Of a DNA stretch of 40,627 bases, positions 1 through 9,293 are shown one piece after another (position 1 is the stretch's first letter; every line of letters begins with the position of its first letter). The stretch is from NCBI GenBank assembly GCA_036374395.1, contig DASUTW010000060.1, positions 1 through 40,627 on the forward strand, in the 5' to 3' direction. The DNA is from Actinomycetota bacterium. Lineage in GTDB: Bacteria > Actinomycetota > UBA4738 > CALAEC01. A program made the translations under genes and the position numbers. A model generated the notes under the pieces. That model made no database searches, had not been told where the DNA came from, and saw only the letters and a program-made list of their open reading frames with translations.

Positions 1-1
1 C

Positions 2-760
2 CCCCGGGGGGTGAGCACCGCTCGGAACCGGGGTGCCTCGGAAGCCCGCGGCGACTGGCTCGCCTTCTGCGACGACGACGATCTGTGGGCGCCCGATAAG
101 CTGGCCCGGCAGCTCGCGGCGGCCCGGGACGGGGACCGGCCGTGGGCGTACGGCGGTGCGGTCCACGTGAGCCTGGACCTCAGGGTGCTCAGCGTCAAGC
201 TGCCCCCGCCGCCCTCCGAGCTCGTGGCGGCGCTCCCCGGGTGGAGCGTGATGCCCGGCGGATCCTCGAACGCGATCGTTCGGAGGGACGCCTTCGACGA
301 GGTCGGCGGCTGGGACGACTCGCTGGTCAACCTGGCCGATTGGGACCTGTGGGCCCGTCTGGCGCGCCGGGCCCCACCGGCCTCCAGCCGCCGGCCACTG
401 GTCGGCTATCGCATCCATCCGGGGAACGCCTCGGCCGATACCGGCCTGATTTTGCGCGAGGCGCGGGCCCTCGAGAAGCGCTACGGCGCCCCGGTTGACC
501 GAGGGAAGCTCCACCACTACCTGGCATGGGTCTACCTGCGGTCCGGACGGCGACGCCCCGCGGTGGGACACCTCGCCCGGGCGGCCACGTCCGGCGAGCT
601 CACCGGCGTGGCCGGCACGGTCGCGGCCCTCGCCCGCCGCCGGGTAGCCGGGTGGATCCCTGCGCTCGAGCCGCGGGAGTCCCGGGAGGCGTCCGCCTGG
701 AGGCTCGAGGCGGAGGCGTGGATCTCGCGTCTCCGGGAAGCGGAGCCGGCCCCCGCGTGA
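2..760 (+). CDS. Glycosyltransferase family 2, C-terminal part (5' end lies outside the window)
   Basis: The frame is open from the window edge to TGA at 758-760. It carries 'ARNRGASEARGDWLAFCDDDDLWAPDKL' (GT2 DxD region) and 'ADWDLWARLA'. It aligns clearly by eye with the full-length GT2 paralogs at 15853-16794(-) and 17732-18697(-). Confidence 0.85.
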   Translation, partial: PRGVSTARNRGASEARGDWLAFCDDDDLWAPDKLARQLAAARDGDRPWAYGGAVHVSLDLRVLSVKLPPPPSELVAALPGWSVMPGGSSNAIVRRDAFDEVGGWDDSLVNLADWDLWARLARRAPPASSRRPLVGYRIHPGNASADTGLILREARALEKRYGAPVDRGKLHHYLAWVYLRSGRRRPAVGHLARAATSGELTGVAGTVAALARRRVAGWIPALEPRESREASAWRLEAEAWISRLREAEPAPA

Positions 761-831
761 CGGAACGGATATGGCCGCCCTCCGGCGAGGACCCGGGAGA
801 TCCTTCCGGACCACGGCGATGGTGGGCCGCC

Positions 832-2301
832 ATGATCCGGGACCCTCTGCCCTCAATAGGCATCGGGCTCTCGCTTCTTGCTGCTCTTCTCGTGGCCTCG
901 TGGCTCTTCGTGGCCATCCATCACGTGGACGATCGTTTCAACGTCGGGTGGGTCGAGGGAACGCGGATCGCACTTGTGTGGGAGGCCGACGCGGGACACT
1001 TCTACCCGCCCCTCTATGACGGTGAGTCGTTCGGGGGGACACGATTCATGCCTATCCCCATCCTCTTGCATCAGGGTCTTGCCCAGCTGACCGGAGAGTA
1101 CCTGGCTTCCGGGAAACTCCTGGCGTATCTCACAACCCTGGTCCTCCTGACCCTGACCTACCGTGTCATGCGTCGCCTGAGGTGCCCGAGACCAGCCTCA
1201 TTCGCCATCACTGCCGGGGTGCTCGTGACGGCACCGGGTCTCCTGGCGGCGACGACGGCGCAGGGAGACGCCCTCGCCGTGGCGATGCAGCTCGGCGCCG
1301 TTGCCATCGTCGCTCCTCGCCCTCGCGATCCGGCAGCCACGATCGCGGCCGGGGCACTCTGCTCGTTCGCCGTGCTTTCCAAGGTCAGTGCGATCTGGGC
1401 GCCGGTTGCCCTCGGCGCGTGGCTGCTCGCGGAACGAAGACGCCTGACGCTCCTGCTCTTCGTCGTGAGTTTCGTGCTGCTGCTCTCCGCGCAGGTGCTC
1501 ATCCTCCAGACCCTCACCGAGGGAAGGATGCTCGAGAACCTCCGTACGACGCTCCTCGCGGGGGTCACTGGGCCAGCTGGAATCCTCGGGTCCCCGCTTC
1601 GCTTGGTGAACCTGCTCGGCGGTATTCCTCTCCTTTGGGCCGTGCTGCCGGTCGCAGTCATCGGTGGAGCGATCTGGGGATCGGAAGACAGTCGCCCCTT
1701 CTACCTGAGCTTGCTCACCGCGTTCCTCGTCGTCCTCGTTGTGCTGGCCGACGAAGGCACCGTGCACAACCACCTTCTCGACGTCACGGTGTTGTCTCTC
1801 CTGTTCATCGGGATCCTCTTCGGGAGAACCACCGAGGTGTCTCCAGCTGTCGCACTCGTACTCGGGTCGCTTCTTCTGTGGTCCATCGGCACGTCATACC
1901 TCCTGGAGCTCTGGCCAGCGACGCGGGAGGCCGGGATCGAAGTGGTTCGAGGGATCCGCTCGAGCAGGTACGACCCCCGGCCCCTTGGTCGCGTCATCCG
2001 TCCCGGAGAGTCCTTACTCTCCGAGGATCCGTATGTCGCCGTGGCTTTGGATCGGCCGCCTGTCGTACTCGACGCTTGGACGTTGCTACGGCTCGGGCGC
2101 GCGTCTTCCGTACCGGCGGATTCCCTGGCGCGGCGGATCGAGGCGAGGGAGTTCGACTGGATCGTCCTGGTGCGCCCGATCGAAGACGAAGAGTGGTACT
2201 CGGACGTCCACTTCGGAACGATCGTGGCCGATGCCATCAGCGGGAGCTACCGGATCCAGCGGCAGGCCTCCGGCTACCACGTTTACGTGCCCCGGCGGTG
2301 A
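832..2301 (+). CDS. Polytopic membrane protein, GT-C-fold-like glycosyltransferase candidate (family member A)
   Basis: About 11 hydrophobic segments are followed by a soluble C-terminal domain of roughly 120 aa. 'HHVDDRF' sits directly after TM1, followed by 'FGGTRFMPIPILLH'. ATG at 832 gives 'MIRDPLP', which parallels 'MLRDDP' of member C. An alternative GTG at 757 overlaps the upstream stop (GTGA). The 526-831 part of the listed ORF is R/P/G-rich and overlaps the GT2 gene. Confidence 0.8.
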   Translation: MIRDPLPSIGIGLSLLAALLVASWLFVAIHHVDDRFNVGWVEGTRIALVWEADAGHFYPPLYDGESFGGTRFMPIPILLHQGLAQLTGEYLASGKLLAYLTTLVLLTLTYRVMRRLRCPRPASFAITAGVLVTAPGLLAATTAQGDALAVAMQLGAVAIVAPRPRDPAATIAAGALCSFAVLSKVSAIWAPVALGAWLLAERRRLTLLLFVVSFVLLLSAQVLILQTLTEGRMLENLRTTLLAGVTGPAGILGSPLRLVNLLGGIPLLWAVLPVAVIGGAIWGSEDSRPFYLSLLTAFLVVLVVLADEGTVHNHLLDVTVLSLLFIGILFGRTTEVSPAVALVLGSLLLWSIGTSYLLELWPATREAGIEVVRGIRSSRYDPRPLGRVIRPGESLLSEDPYVAVALDRPPVVLDAWTLLRLGRASSVPADSLARRIEAREFDWIVLVRPIEDEEWYSDVHFGTIVADAISGSYRIQRQASGYHVYVPRR

Positions 2302-2324
2302 TGAGCCCGCTCCCTGGTGGTCGA

Positions 2325-3908
2325 TCAGCTCGCTTCGGCTGGGGCATAGATGTGATACGGACCTCTGGAGAGCTGATAGTCGTACGAGTCCCTGATCTCG
2401 GCGGCGATCTCCGGCCCGAGATGGAAATCCTCCCACCACCAGGCGATGTCACGATTCTCGACCCGCCTGAGCAGCACAACCAGCTCGAACTCCTTCGCGT
2501 CGATCCGTCGGAGGAGCTCCGCCTGGATCTCTCGGTCCACCTCGACGATCCGCTCGACCATGAAGGGGTCGAGGAGCACCGGTCGTTGCCCGAGTGACAC
2601 CGGCACGTACGGATCCTCGGAGAGGATGGGCGTCTCGGAGGAAGCCAGCCCGCGGAGCGGCTGCGGATCTAACTGAGGGTCCGTGGTGGGATCGGCGAGG
2701 CGAACCACGTGGCGAGCCTCGGGCAGGACCACAGTGACGAGGCCGGTCACTCCCACCCACAGGACCATGAGCACGACCGCCGTCCCCGCGACCCTCTCAT
2801 AAGGAAGGCTGGGGAGCGTCCGACCCACCAGACCCCCGACCACGATGAGGACGAGAACCGCAATGTCGATGAGGTGGTTCCAATCCGCCCCGACGTCGGC
2901 GAGGACGACCACGAGGATCGCGGAGGCGGCGAGCAGCGCCAGGAGCCATTCCTCGTCACGTCGCCCCCGAAACGCATACCAGCCCGCCACAGCCGCGGCC
3001 GGCATCAGAAACCAGATCGGGGTCGCGTGGTCGATCGCCAGGAGAACCAACCGGTAGGGTGCCCGGAGCAGTCCGCCTTCCGCGAGCCCCGCCCCCGCCA
3101 GCCCGAGTACGTTGGAGAGCATCCGCCCCCCGCTGAGGGCCGAAAACAGACCGAGGAGGCCTACCGCCCAAACGACATACCCTCCCACGAACCAACTCAC
3201 CGACCGCCGATTGCGGCGAAACAGCCACAGCACGACCGCGATCGGAGCCCAGACGGCGCTGAGCTTCGCGGCCAGCGCGAGGGCGGCGAGAAGCGCGGCC
3301 ACGATCATGGCCACGGGCGTCGCAGAGCGGTGTGGTCGACTCGTCGCCAACCACACCGAGGACACTTGGAGCAGCACCGGGAGGGCATCAGCCCTGAGGC
3401 TCATCGTCAGCCCGAATCCGGCCTGTGTGAGCAGCAACAACGAGGCCAGCGCCGCAGCCAACGGCCAGGGGCAACCGAGTCTCCGGATGACGAGGAAGGT
3501 CACCAAGATGAGGGTGGCCATCGTCATGTAAGCGAGGACCTTGCCGGAGACGAGATACTCGCCGGTGACACGCGCCGCCCCGGCGTGGAGGAGCACCGGA
3601 AGGGGCATCCATCGGGTCCCGCCGTAGAAGCCGTCGTCGCTGAGCTGCGGATAGAGCGTGCCCTCGTTCACGTACCACGCCATCGCGATCCGAGAGCCCC
3701 CCACATGGTCGACGCGGTAACGGTCGTCCGCGTGCACCCATGCCACGACGATGGTCGCTGTCAACGCCAAGACCGTCAGCCCCACGAGCGCCGCAGCAAG
3801 CACCCGCTCCGCAGGGGGACCTCCGGCCACGGGCATGGGACGATTCCCTACCTGCTCGGGTTCGGCCGCCATGGGCACACGAGTGTAGAGGCCGGAGATC
3901 GGCTCCAC
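2325..3908 (-). CDS. Polytopic membrane protein, GT-C-fold-like glycosyltransferase candidate (family member B)
   Basis: It aligns with members A and C over its full length: 'VHADDRY', 'YGGTRWMPLPVLLH', 'TGEYLVSGKVLAY', and C-terminal 'SEDPYVPVSLGQRPVLLDPF...EFELVVL...DFHLG'. It is convergent with member A, leaving a 23-bp gap. The start may be ATG 3908 or ATG 3872 ('MAAEP'). Confidence 0.8.
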   Translation of the reverse strand: MEPISGLYTRVPMAAEPEQVGNRPMPVAGGPPAERVLAAALVGLTVLALTATIVVAWVHADDRYRVDHVGGSRIAMAWYVNEGTLYPQLSDDGFYGGTRWMPLPVLLHAGAARVTGEYLVSGKVLAYMTMATLILVTFLVIRRLGCPWPLAAALASLLLLTQAGFGLTMSLRADALPVLLQVSSVWLATSRPHRSATPVAMIVAALLAALALAAKLSAVWAPIAVVLWLFRRNRRSVSWFVGGYVVWAVGLLGLFSALSGGRMLSNVLGLAGAGLAEGGLLRAPYRLVLLAIDHATPIWFLMPAAAVAGWYAFRGRRDEEWLLALLAASAILVVVLADVGADWNHLIDIAVLVLIVVGGLVGRTLPSLPYERVAGTAVVLMVLWVGVTGLVTVVLPEARHVVRLADPTTDPQLDPQPLRGLASSETPILSEDPYVPVSLGQRPVLLDPFMVERIVEVDREIQAELLRRIDAKEFELVVLLRRVENRDIAWWWEDFHLGPEIAAEIRDSYDYQLSRGPYHIYAPAEAS

Positions 3909-3942
3909 CTAGGATGACCGGTTCCCCGTACCATGAAGCGCC

Positions 3943-5178
3943 ATGTTACGCCGCTCGTGGTGGCTGCTCTTCGTGGTGTTCGCCGTGACCCGGGTCGGAC
4001 TGATCTACGTGGGCGTGGATCCCTCGATCTATGGAGGCCGCGACCACGACATCGGGAGCGACGTGTCGATCTACGCCGGATGGGCGGACGGGATCATCGA
4101 GGGCGATGTCCCCTACCGGGATGAGCCGATCGAGTACCCGCCCGGGTCGCTTCCCTTCATCGTGGCGCCTGCGCTGGGGAAGGCCATCACCGGACTCCCG
4201 TACCGCGCGTTCTTCGGTGCGGCGATGCTCGCGGTCGACGTCCTCGGACTCATCGCCGTCCTCCGTCTGGTGGGGCACCAGGTGTCGAGAGCCGGGCCGT
4301 GGCTCTGGGTGCTCGGTCTGGCGGCGCTCGGACCGGTCGTCTGGACCAGGCTCGACCTGGTCCCGGCCGTCGCCACGCTCTGGGCCCTCGAGCGGATCGT
4401 CGCCCGCGCCTGGACCTCGGGAGGAGTCCTGCTCGCGTTCGGCGCGGTGGCCAAGGTGTTCCCGGGGTTCCTGTTCCTTCCTGCGGCGGCGGCCGCCCCA
4501 CGGCGGACGCCGTTCCTGGGGGCAGGGGCCGCCACGGCCCTCCTACTTCTGGCGCCGTTCGGGGTGGTGCTGCACCCGATGCTCTCCTCCGTCGCGGGCT
4601 ATCACCTTGGCCGGGGGATCCAGCTCGAGAGCGTATGGGGTGGAGCGATGCTCCTGACCGGCCTGGCCGGGGCTCCGGTCTCCGTCGAGAAGCGCTTCGG
4701 CGCCTGGGAGACGCTGGGCCCGGGCACCGAAGCCCTCGGCATCGCCTCCACGGTCCTCGCCGTCGGGGTGCTCGCGGGATCGGTAGCGGTGGCGTGGCGG
4801 CGGCGCGACGAGCCTCTGCGGCTCGCCGGCGTCTGGTTCGCCACGCTTGCCCTGCTCCTCGCGGTGGGGCCGGTCCTCTCACCCCAGTTCATGGTGTGGC
4901 TCGTGGCGGTCGGCGCTGGCGCGCTGGCGGTCGGGTCCGATACCGTCCGGAAGGCCGCGCTGTTCCTCCTGCCCCTCGCCGTCCTGACCCATCTCGTCTA
5001 CCCCATCTCCTACGACGGGTTGGTCGCCATGGAACCCGTCAGCGTCTGGCTGCTCACCGCGAGGAATGCGATGCTGGCCGCCCTGGCGGTGTGGTCGACG
5101 GTGGGCGTCGTCCGCGATCGGCCGACTGAGACGCATCGCGCGGACCGTGGATCCAGGCGGGGCTGGGAGGCACCATGA
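3943..5178 (+). CDS. GT87 / DUF2029-like polyprenol-phosphate-sugar-dependent membrane glycosyltransferase
   Basis: It is polytopic. The N-terminal loop 'SDVSIYAGWADGIIEGDVPYRDEPIEYPPGSLPF' matches the DUF2029/GT87 signature as I remember it (acidic loop, G..PY, then YPP). High GC3 runs throughout. Confidence 0.75.
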   Translation: MLRRSWWLLFVVFAVTRVGLIYVGVDPSIYGGRDHDIGSDVSIYAGWADGIIEGDVPYRDEPIEYPPGSLPFIVAPALGKAITGLPYRAFFGAAMLAVDVLGLIAVLRLVGHQVSRAGPWLWVLGLAALGPVVWTRLDLVPAVATLWALERIVARAWTSGGVLLAFGAVAKVFPGFLFLPAAAAAPRRTPFLGAGAATALLLLAPFGVVLHPMLSSVAGYHLGRGIQLESVWGGAMLLTGLAGAPVSVEKRFGAWETLGPGTEALGIASTVLAVGVLAGSVAVAWRRRDEPLRLAGVWFATLALLLAVGPVLSPQFMVWLVAVGAGALAVGSDTVRKAALFLLPLAVLTHLVYPISYDGLVAMEPVSVWLLTARNAMLAALAVWSTVGVVRDRPTETHRADRGSRRGWEAP

Positions 5179-5500
5179 GCGAGCCAAGACGCCACCGGGC
5201 GGCACCCCGCCGCGGGAGTCCTCGCCACGGCGCTTCGCTGGTGGGTCGGTCGCTCCGGTGGCTCTCCTATCCGCACGGGAAAGCGGACGATCGCAACGTC
5301 GCGCTTAGTAGGGTCTTGGAACGCGGGAGGTCGCGGCCTTAGCTTCTTCCCAGACAGATCGCCGGCGGTGGTGGGAGGCGGCTCGACCCCTTCCCCCGAT
5401 CGTCTCCGACGGGCTCTTCCTCGTCGGGCTGGTCGTTGTCTCAGCCCTCCCCTACATCGGCCGTCTCGGCTTCTACTCGGACGACTGGGCATTCCTGGCG

Positions 5501-7084
5501 GTGTTATCCACCGCCGAGGATCAATCGCTCACGAGCCTCGTCCGTGACCAGTACGCGACGAACCCGAACCTGGCGATGCGGCCCACGCAGGTCGTCTACC
5601 AGGCCTTCCTGTTCCGACTGTTCGGCCTCGAGCCGCTCGGCTACCACCTCGTCAACCTCGGCGTCCTCATCGCGGTAGCAGTGCTCCTGTCCCTGGTACT
5701 CCGTGAGCTCCGCCTGCCTCGGGGCCTCGCGGTGGCCGTGCCGGCCGTCTACGCGCTCATGCCCAACTACGCTACGGCCCGATTCTGGTTCGCCTCGTTT
5801 GGCTACCTGCTGGGGATGGCTCTCTACCTGCTGGCGTTGTACGCCGACCTCAGGGCGGCCTCGAGTGAACATCGGAGGACCGTGTGGACGTGGAAGGCCC
5901 TGGCCCTGGTGACGCTCACCACCGCGGCGTTCGGGTACGAGGTGGTGATACCGCTGTTCTTGCTCAACATCGGCCTCGCGGAGGTCGTGGCTCGACGACT
6001 GCCGTCCCGGGGGTTCCGGGCACGGATGGGGCCGGCAGGGACGGCCCTGCTGCACGGCAGCACGCTGGCCGTCGCCGTCGCGGCCGGCCTCTACAAGGCC
6101 TCCGTCGCCGTGGGCGTGGGGGTGGGATCCTCACCCCTTCGTTACACGCTGTGGCTCGGGTCGAGCTCGGTCGCCACGAACTTCGGCACCCACGGCGTTG
6201 GGCTCCCGCACACCGTGGGGTGGGCCCTCCCGCATGCTGGGATCGGCGGCGTGGCGATCGCGATCCTGGTCGGGCTCGGGATCTACCGCTACCTTGCCGT
6301 CGTTCGAGACCCTAGAAGTGAGGGCGACGCGCTGCCGTTCCGCGGAGGATGGCTCCGGATGGGCGTGGTGGGCCTCGTGGTGTTCGCCCTCGGGTACTCG
6401 ATCTTCCTCACCACCGGCAGGATCGCGTTCTCGAGCACCGGGATCGCGAACCGGGTGGCCACCGCAGGGGCCCTCGGCGCGGCGATCGTGCTCGTCGGAG
6501 CGGTGGGGTGGATCGCGAGCCGGCTGCGGTCCCCGAGGCTCCGGGATCGCGCCTTCCGTGCGGGGATCGCCGCCCTCTGTCTCTCGGGGATCGTCGTGGT
6601 GAACGGACTGGCCTCCTTCTGGGTCCAGAGCTGGGAGGAACAGCGCGAGGTCCTGGCGGATCTGGACGCCGCTTTCCCCAGACTCGCCCCTGGCTCCACC
6701 GTGCTCCTCGGCGGGGTCTGTCCCTACGTTGGCCCGGCCATCGTGTTCGAGTCGAGCTGGGACCTCCAGGGGGCACTGCGGGTCCGGCACGGGGACAAAT
6801 CGGTCGACGGCGACGTCACGAGCGGCGTCGTCTCGGCGGAGCCGCAGGGCGTCGTGACCCAGATCTACCAGGTCGAGGTGATGCACCCGTACGGCGCTCG
6901 GCTGTTCCTGTACGACCGTCGAGCGGGAACCACGACGGTGCTCGTGGATCAGTCCGCAGCCCGACGAGCGTTGTCGACGCAGGTGTCGGGGACCGACTGC
7001 CCCGAGGGTCGACCCGGCGCCGGGACCATCGACCTCCCCTTCGACGTCTTGTTCCATTGGTTCCGGAGCCGCATTGGGCTGTGA
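5501..7084 (+). CDS. Polytopic membrane protein, GT-C-like, homologous to 14411-15856(-); the true N-terminus probably lies upstream of 5501
   Basis: The ORF runs from GTG 5501 to TGA 7084 with many TM segments and a soluble C-terminus. The same frame stays open back to the stop at 5306-5308. There it encodes 'GLFLVGLVVVSALPYIGRLGFYSDDWAFLAV' (TM1 plus DD loop), which aligns with the N-terminus of the 14411-15856 protein. No ATG, GTG or TTG lies in that stretch (see findings). Confidence 0.7.
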   Translation: MLSTAEDQSLTSLVRDQYATNPNLAMRPTQVVYQAFLFRLFGLEPLGYHLVNLGVLIAVAVLLSLVLRELRLPRGLAVAVPAVYALMPNYATARFWFASFGYLLGMALYLLALYADLRAASSEHRRTVWTWKALALVTLTTAAFGYEVVIPLFLLNIGLAEVVARRLPSRGFRARMGPAGTALLHGSTLAVAVAAGLYKASVAVGVGVGSSPLRYTLWLGSSSVATNFGTHGVGLPHTVGWALPHAGIGGVAIAILVGLGIYRYLAVVRDPRSEGDALPFRGGWLRMGVVGLVVFALGYSIFLTTGRIAFSSTGIANRVATAGALGAAIVLVGAVGWIASRLRSPRLRDRAFRAGIAALCLSGIVVVNGLASFWVQSWEEQREVLADLDAAFPRLAPGSTVLLGGVCPYVGPAIVFESSWDLQGALRVRHGDKSVDGDVTSGVVSAEPQGVVTQIYQVEVMHPYGARLFLYDRRAGTTTVLVDQSAARRALSTQVSGTDCPEGRPGAGTIDLPFDVLFHWFRSRIGL

Positions 7085-7112
7085 GCGGTTCGCTGGGATA
7101 CTGCTCCACATC

Positions 7113-8420
7113 GTGACGGACGACCAGGGCTCAGACCGCGGGGACGATCGACCCGCCGGAGCGTCCAAACGCCCGACCGTCGGGATGCTGCACTGGCCCG
7201 ATCGGTTCGAAGACTTCCACGACCGGCTGGGCGTCACGTTCGAGTCCTTCCGGGACGAGTTCACCGGCAGCTGGGTGTTCAACTACGTGGAGGCTCTCCA
7301 GCGGGCCGGGGTCCGCCCGGTCCTCTACTACGCGTCCGCGCGGATCCGGGAGCCGCTTCGCTTCACCCACCGCCCGACCGGGGCGGCGGTGCGGGTCCTC
7401 CCCTCGCCCCGCCTGCACCAGAAGCTCCGCGGCGCGCAGGAGCGGTTCGGGATCCGATCGGCGTCCCTGCGAGCGCTAGGGTCCTACCTCGCCACCCCCC
7501 TGCGCCCGCTGGTGCGGGCGCTCCGCGAGGACGGCTGCGGCGCGATCCTGTGCCAGGAGTACGAGCACCCCCGGTTCGACGTGGCCGTGGGGCTCGGACG
7601 ACTGCTGCGCCTCCCCGTGTTCGCCACGTTCCAGGGCGGCGAGGCCCCCGCGACGAGGCTCGAGGTCCCGCTGCGGCGGCTGGCGGTCCGGCGGGCCGCG
7701 GGCCTGATCGTGGCCTCGGCGGCACAGGCCGAGCGAGCCCGCCGGCGGTACGGGCTCCCCTCGGACCGGATCGCGAGGATCCCCAACCCGATCGACGTGG
7801 ACCGGTGGCGTCCGATCCCGCAGACGGCCGGACGGGCGGAGCTCGGCATCCCGGCGGACGCGCCGGTGGTCACCTGGCAGGGACGGGTGGCGATCGACCA
7901 GAAGGGGCTCGACGTGCTGGTGGAGGCCTGGGCCCGGGTCTGCGAATCGCACGGGGAGGACGCCCCCCTGCTCCTGCTGGTGGGACACGGGCAGGACGCC
8001 GAGACGCTCCGAGCGATGCTGGCCGGCCTCCCCCCACACGCCGTCCGCTGGGTCGACCGGTTCGTCCACGACCGGGAGGCGCTGTGGCGGTACCGGGCCG
8101 CGGCCGACGTGGCGGTCCTCCCCTCGAGGCGGGAGGGGTTCCCGGTGGCCGCGGTGGAGGCCATGGCCTGCGGTCTCCCCGTCGTGGCGGCCGACGCGCT
8201 CGGCGTGCGCGATGCCCTCGGGGAGGGCGAGGAGGCCGCCGGCGTCGTCGTCCCCCGGGAGGATCCCGGCGCGCTGGCCGCCGCGCTGGAGCGGGTCCTG
8301 GCCGAACCCGACCTCCGCCGGACGCTGGGAGAGCGCGGGCGGCGCCGGGCGGAGGAGCGGTTCTCGCTCGACGTGGTGGGCGCCCGGCTCCGCGACTTCC
8401 TGTTCGGGCGGCGCGCGTGA
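7113..8420 (+). CDS. Glycosyltransferase family 4 (GT-B fold)
   Basis: The C-terminal half has 'REGFPVAAVEAMACGLPVVAAD', the EX7E-type GT4 motif. The start is uncertain. GTG 7113 is preferred because 'RPTVGMLHW' looks like the first beta-strand and lies upstream of ATG 7185. TTG 7074 is also possible. Confidence 0.8.
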   Translation: MTDDQGSDRGDDRPAGASKRPTVGMLHWPDRFEDFHDRLGVTFESFRDEFTGSWVFNYVEALQRAGVRPVLYYASARIREPLRFTHRPTGAAVRVLPSPRLHQKLRGAQERFGIRSASLRALGSYLATPLRPLVRALREDGCGAILCQEYEHPRFDVAVGLGRLLRLPVFATFQGGEAPATRLEVPLRRLAVRRAAGLIVASAAQAERARRRYGLPSDRIARIPNPIDVDRWRPIPQTAGRAELGIPADAPVVTWQGRVAIDQKGLDVLVEAWARVCESHGEDAPLLLLVGHGQDAETLRAMLAGLPPHAVRWVDRFVHDREALWRYRAAADVAVLPSRREGFPVAAVEAMACGLPVVAADALGVRDALGEGEEAAGVVVPREDPGALAAALERVLAEPDLRRTLGERGRRRAEERFSLDVVGARLRDFLFGRRA

Positions 8421-8458
8421 CGGACCGGGTCGTCCGGACCTTCCCCTAGACTCTACGC

Positions 8459-9292
8459 GTGATGGGTACGGGGACGCGGGAGGAGTGGATCGAGAACCGG
8501 CCGAGCCGCGGCCTGCGGCTGCCGGACCTCCGGGAGCTGTGGCAGTACCGCGAGCTCGCCTACTTCCTGGCCCTCCGAGACCTCAAGGTCCGGTACAAGC
8601 AGGCGGCCCTGGGCGCGGGGTGGGCGATCTTCCAGCCGGTGGTGCTGACGGTGGTGTTCACGCTGGTGTTCACGAGGTTCGCCCGGGTCGAGACCGCCAT
8701 CCCGTACCCGATCTTCGCCCTCTCCGGGCTGATCGCCTGGACCTACGTGGCCGGCAGCCTCACCCGATCGACCCAGATCCTCGTGGCGAACACCCCCCTG
8801 GTGACCAAGGTGTACTTCCCGCGCCTGCTGGCCCCGGTGGCCTCCGCGCTCCCGGGGATGGTCGACCTCCTGCTTTCCCTGCTGGTGCTGGCGGTAGTCA
8901 TGCCCTTCTACGACGTTCGGCCGACCTGGGCGATCCTCACCCTGCCCCTGTGGCTGGCGGCGATGCTCGTCGTGGTGCTCGGGGTCAGCCTTCTGCTCGG
9001 CACCCTCAACGTCCGGTACCGGGACGTGACCCACGGGATCACGCTCCTGGTCCAGCTGTGGATCTTCGTGAGCCCCGTGGCGTACCCGAGCGACGCCGTG
9101 CCGGAGGCCTGGCGGGTCCTCTACTTCCTCAACCCCGTGGCCGGCGTGCTCGAGGGGTTCCGCTGGGCGCTGGCGGGGGCGGCGTGGCCCGGCTCGGTCG
9201 TCTTCCTCTCGCTCGGCACCGCCCTGGTCCTGCTGGCCGCGGGCGTCCTCTACTTCCAGCACGCGGAGCGTCGCTTCGCCGACGTGATCTGA
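8459..9292 (+). CDS. wzm: ABC-2 type polysaccharide/O-antigen/teichoic-acid export permease (Wzm/TagG-like)
   Basis: 'LRELWQYRELAYFLALRDLKVRYKQAALGAGWAIFQP' is the classic Wzm/TagG N-terminal signature, followed by 6 predicted TM segments. The start is GTG 8459 or ATG 8462. Confidence 0.9.
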   Translation: MMGTGTREEWIENRPSRGLRLPDLRELWQYRELAYFLALRDLKVRYKQAALGAGWAIFQPVVLTVVFTLVFTRFARVETAIPYPIFALSGLIAWTYVAGSLTRSTQILVANTPLVTKVYFPRLLAPVASALPGMVDLLLSLLVLAVVMPFYDVRPTWAILTLPLWLAAMLVVVLGVSLLLGTLNVRYRDVTHGITLLVQLWIFVSPVAYPSDAVPEAWRVLYFLNPVAGVLEGFRWALAGAAWPGSVVFLSLGTALVLLAAGVLYFQHAERRFADVI

Positions 9293-9293
9293 G

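Noticed and set aside
526-831. An N-terminal extension of family member A back to ATG 526.
   Set aside because: It overlaps the 3' end of the GT2 gene (to 760) in another frame and is R/P/G-rich. The homologous paralog C starts with the same 'M-L/I-R-D-(D)-P' peptide as ATG 832.
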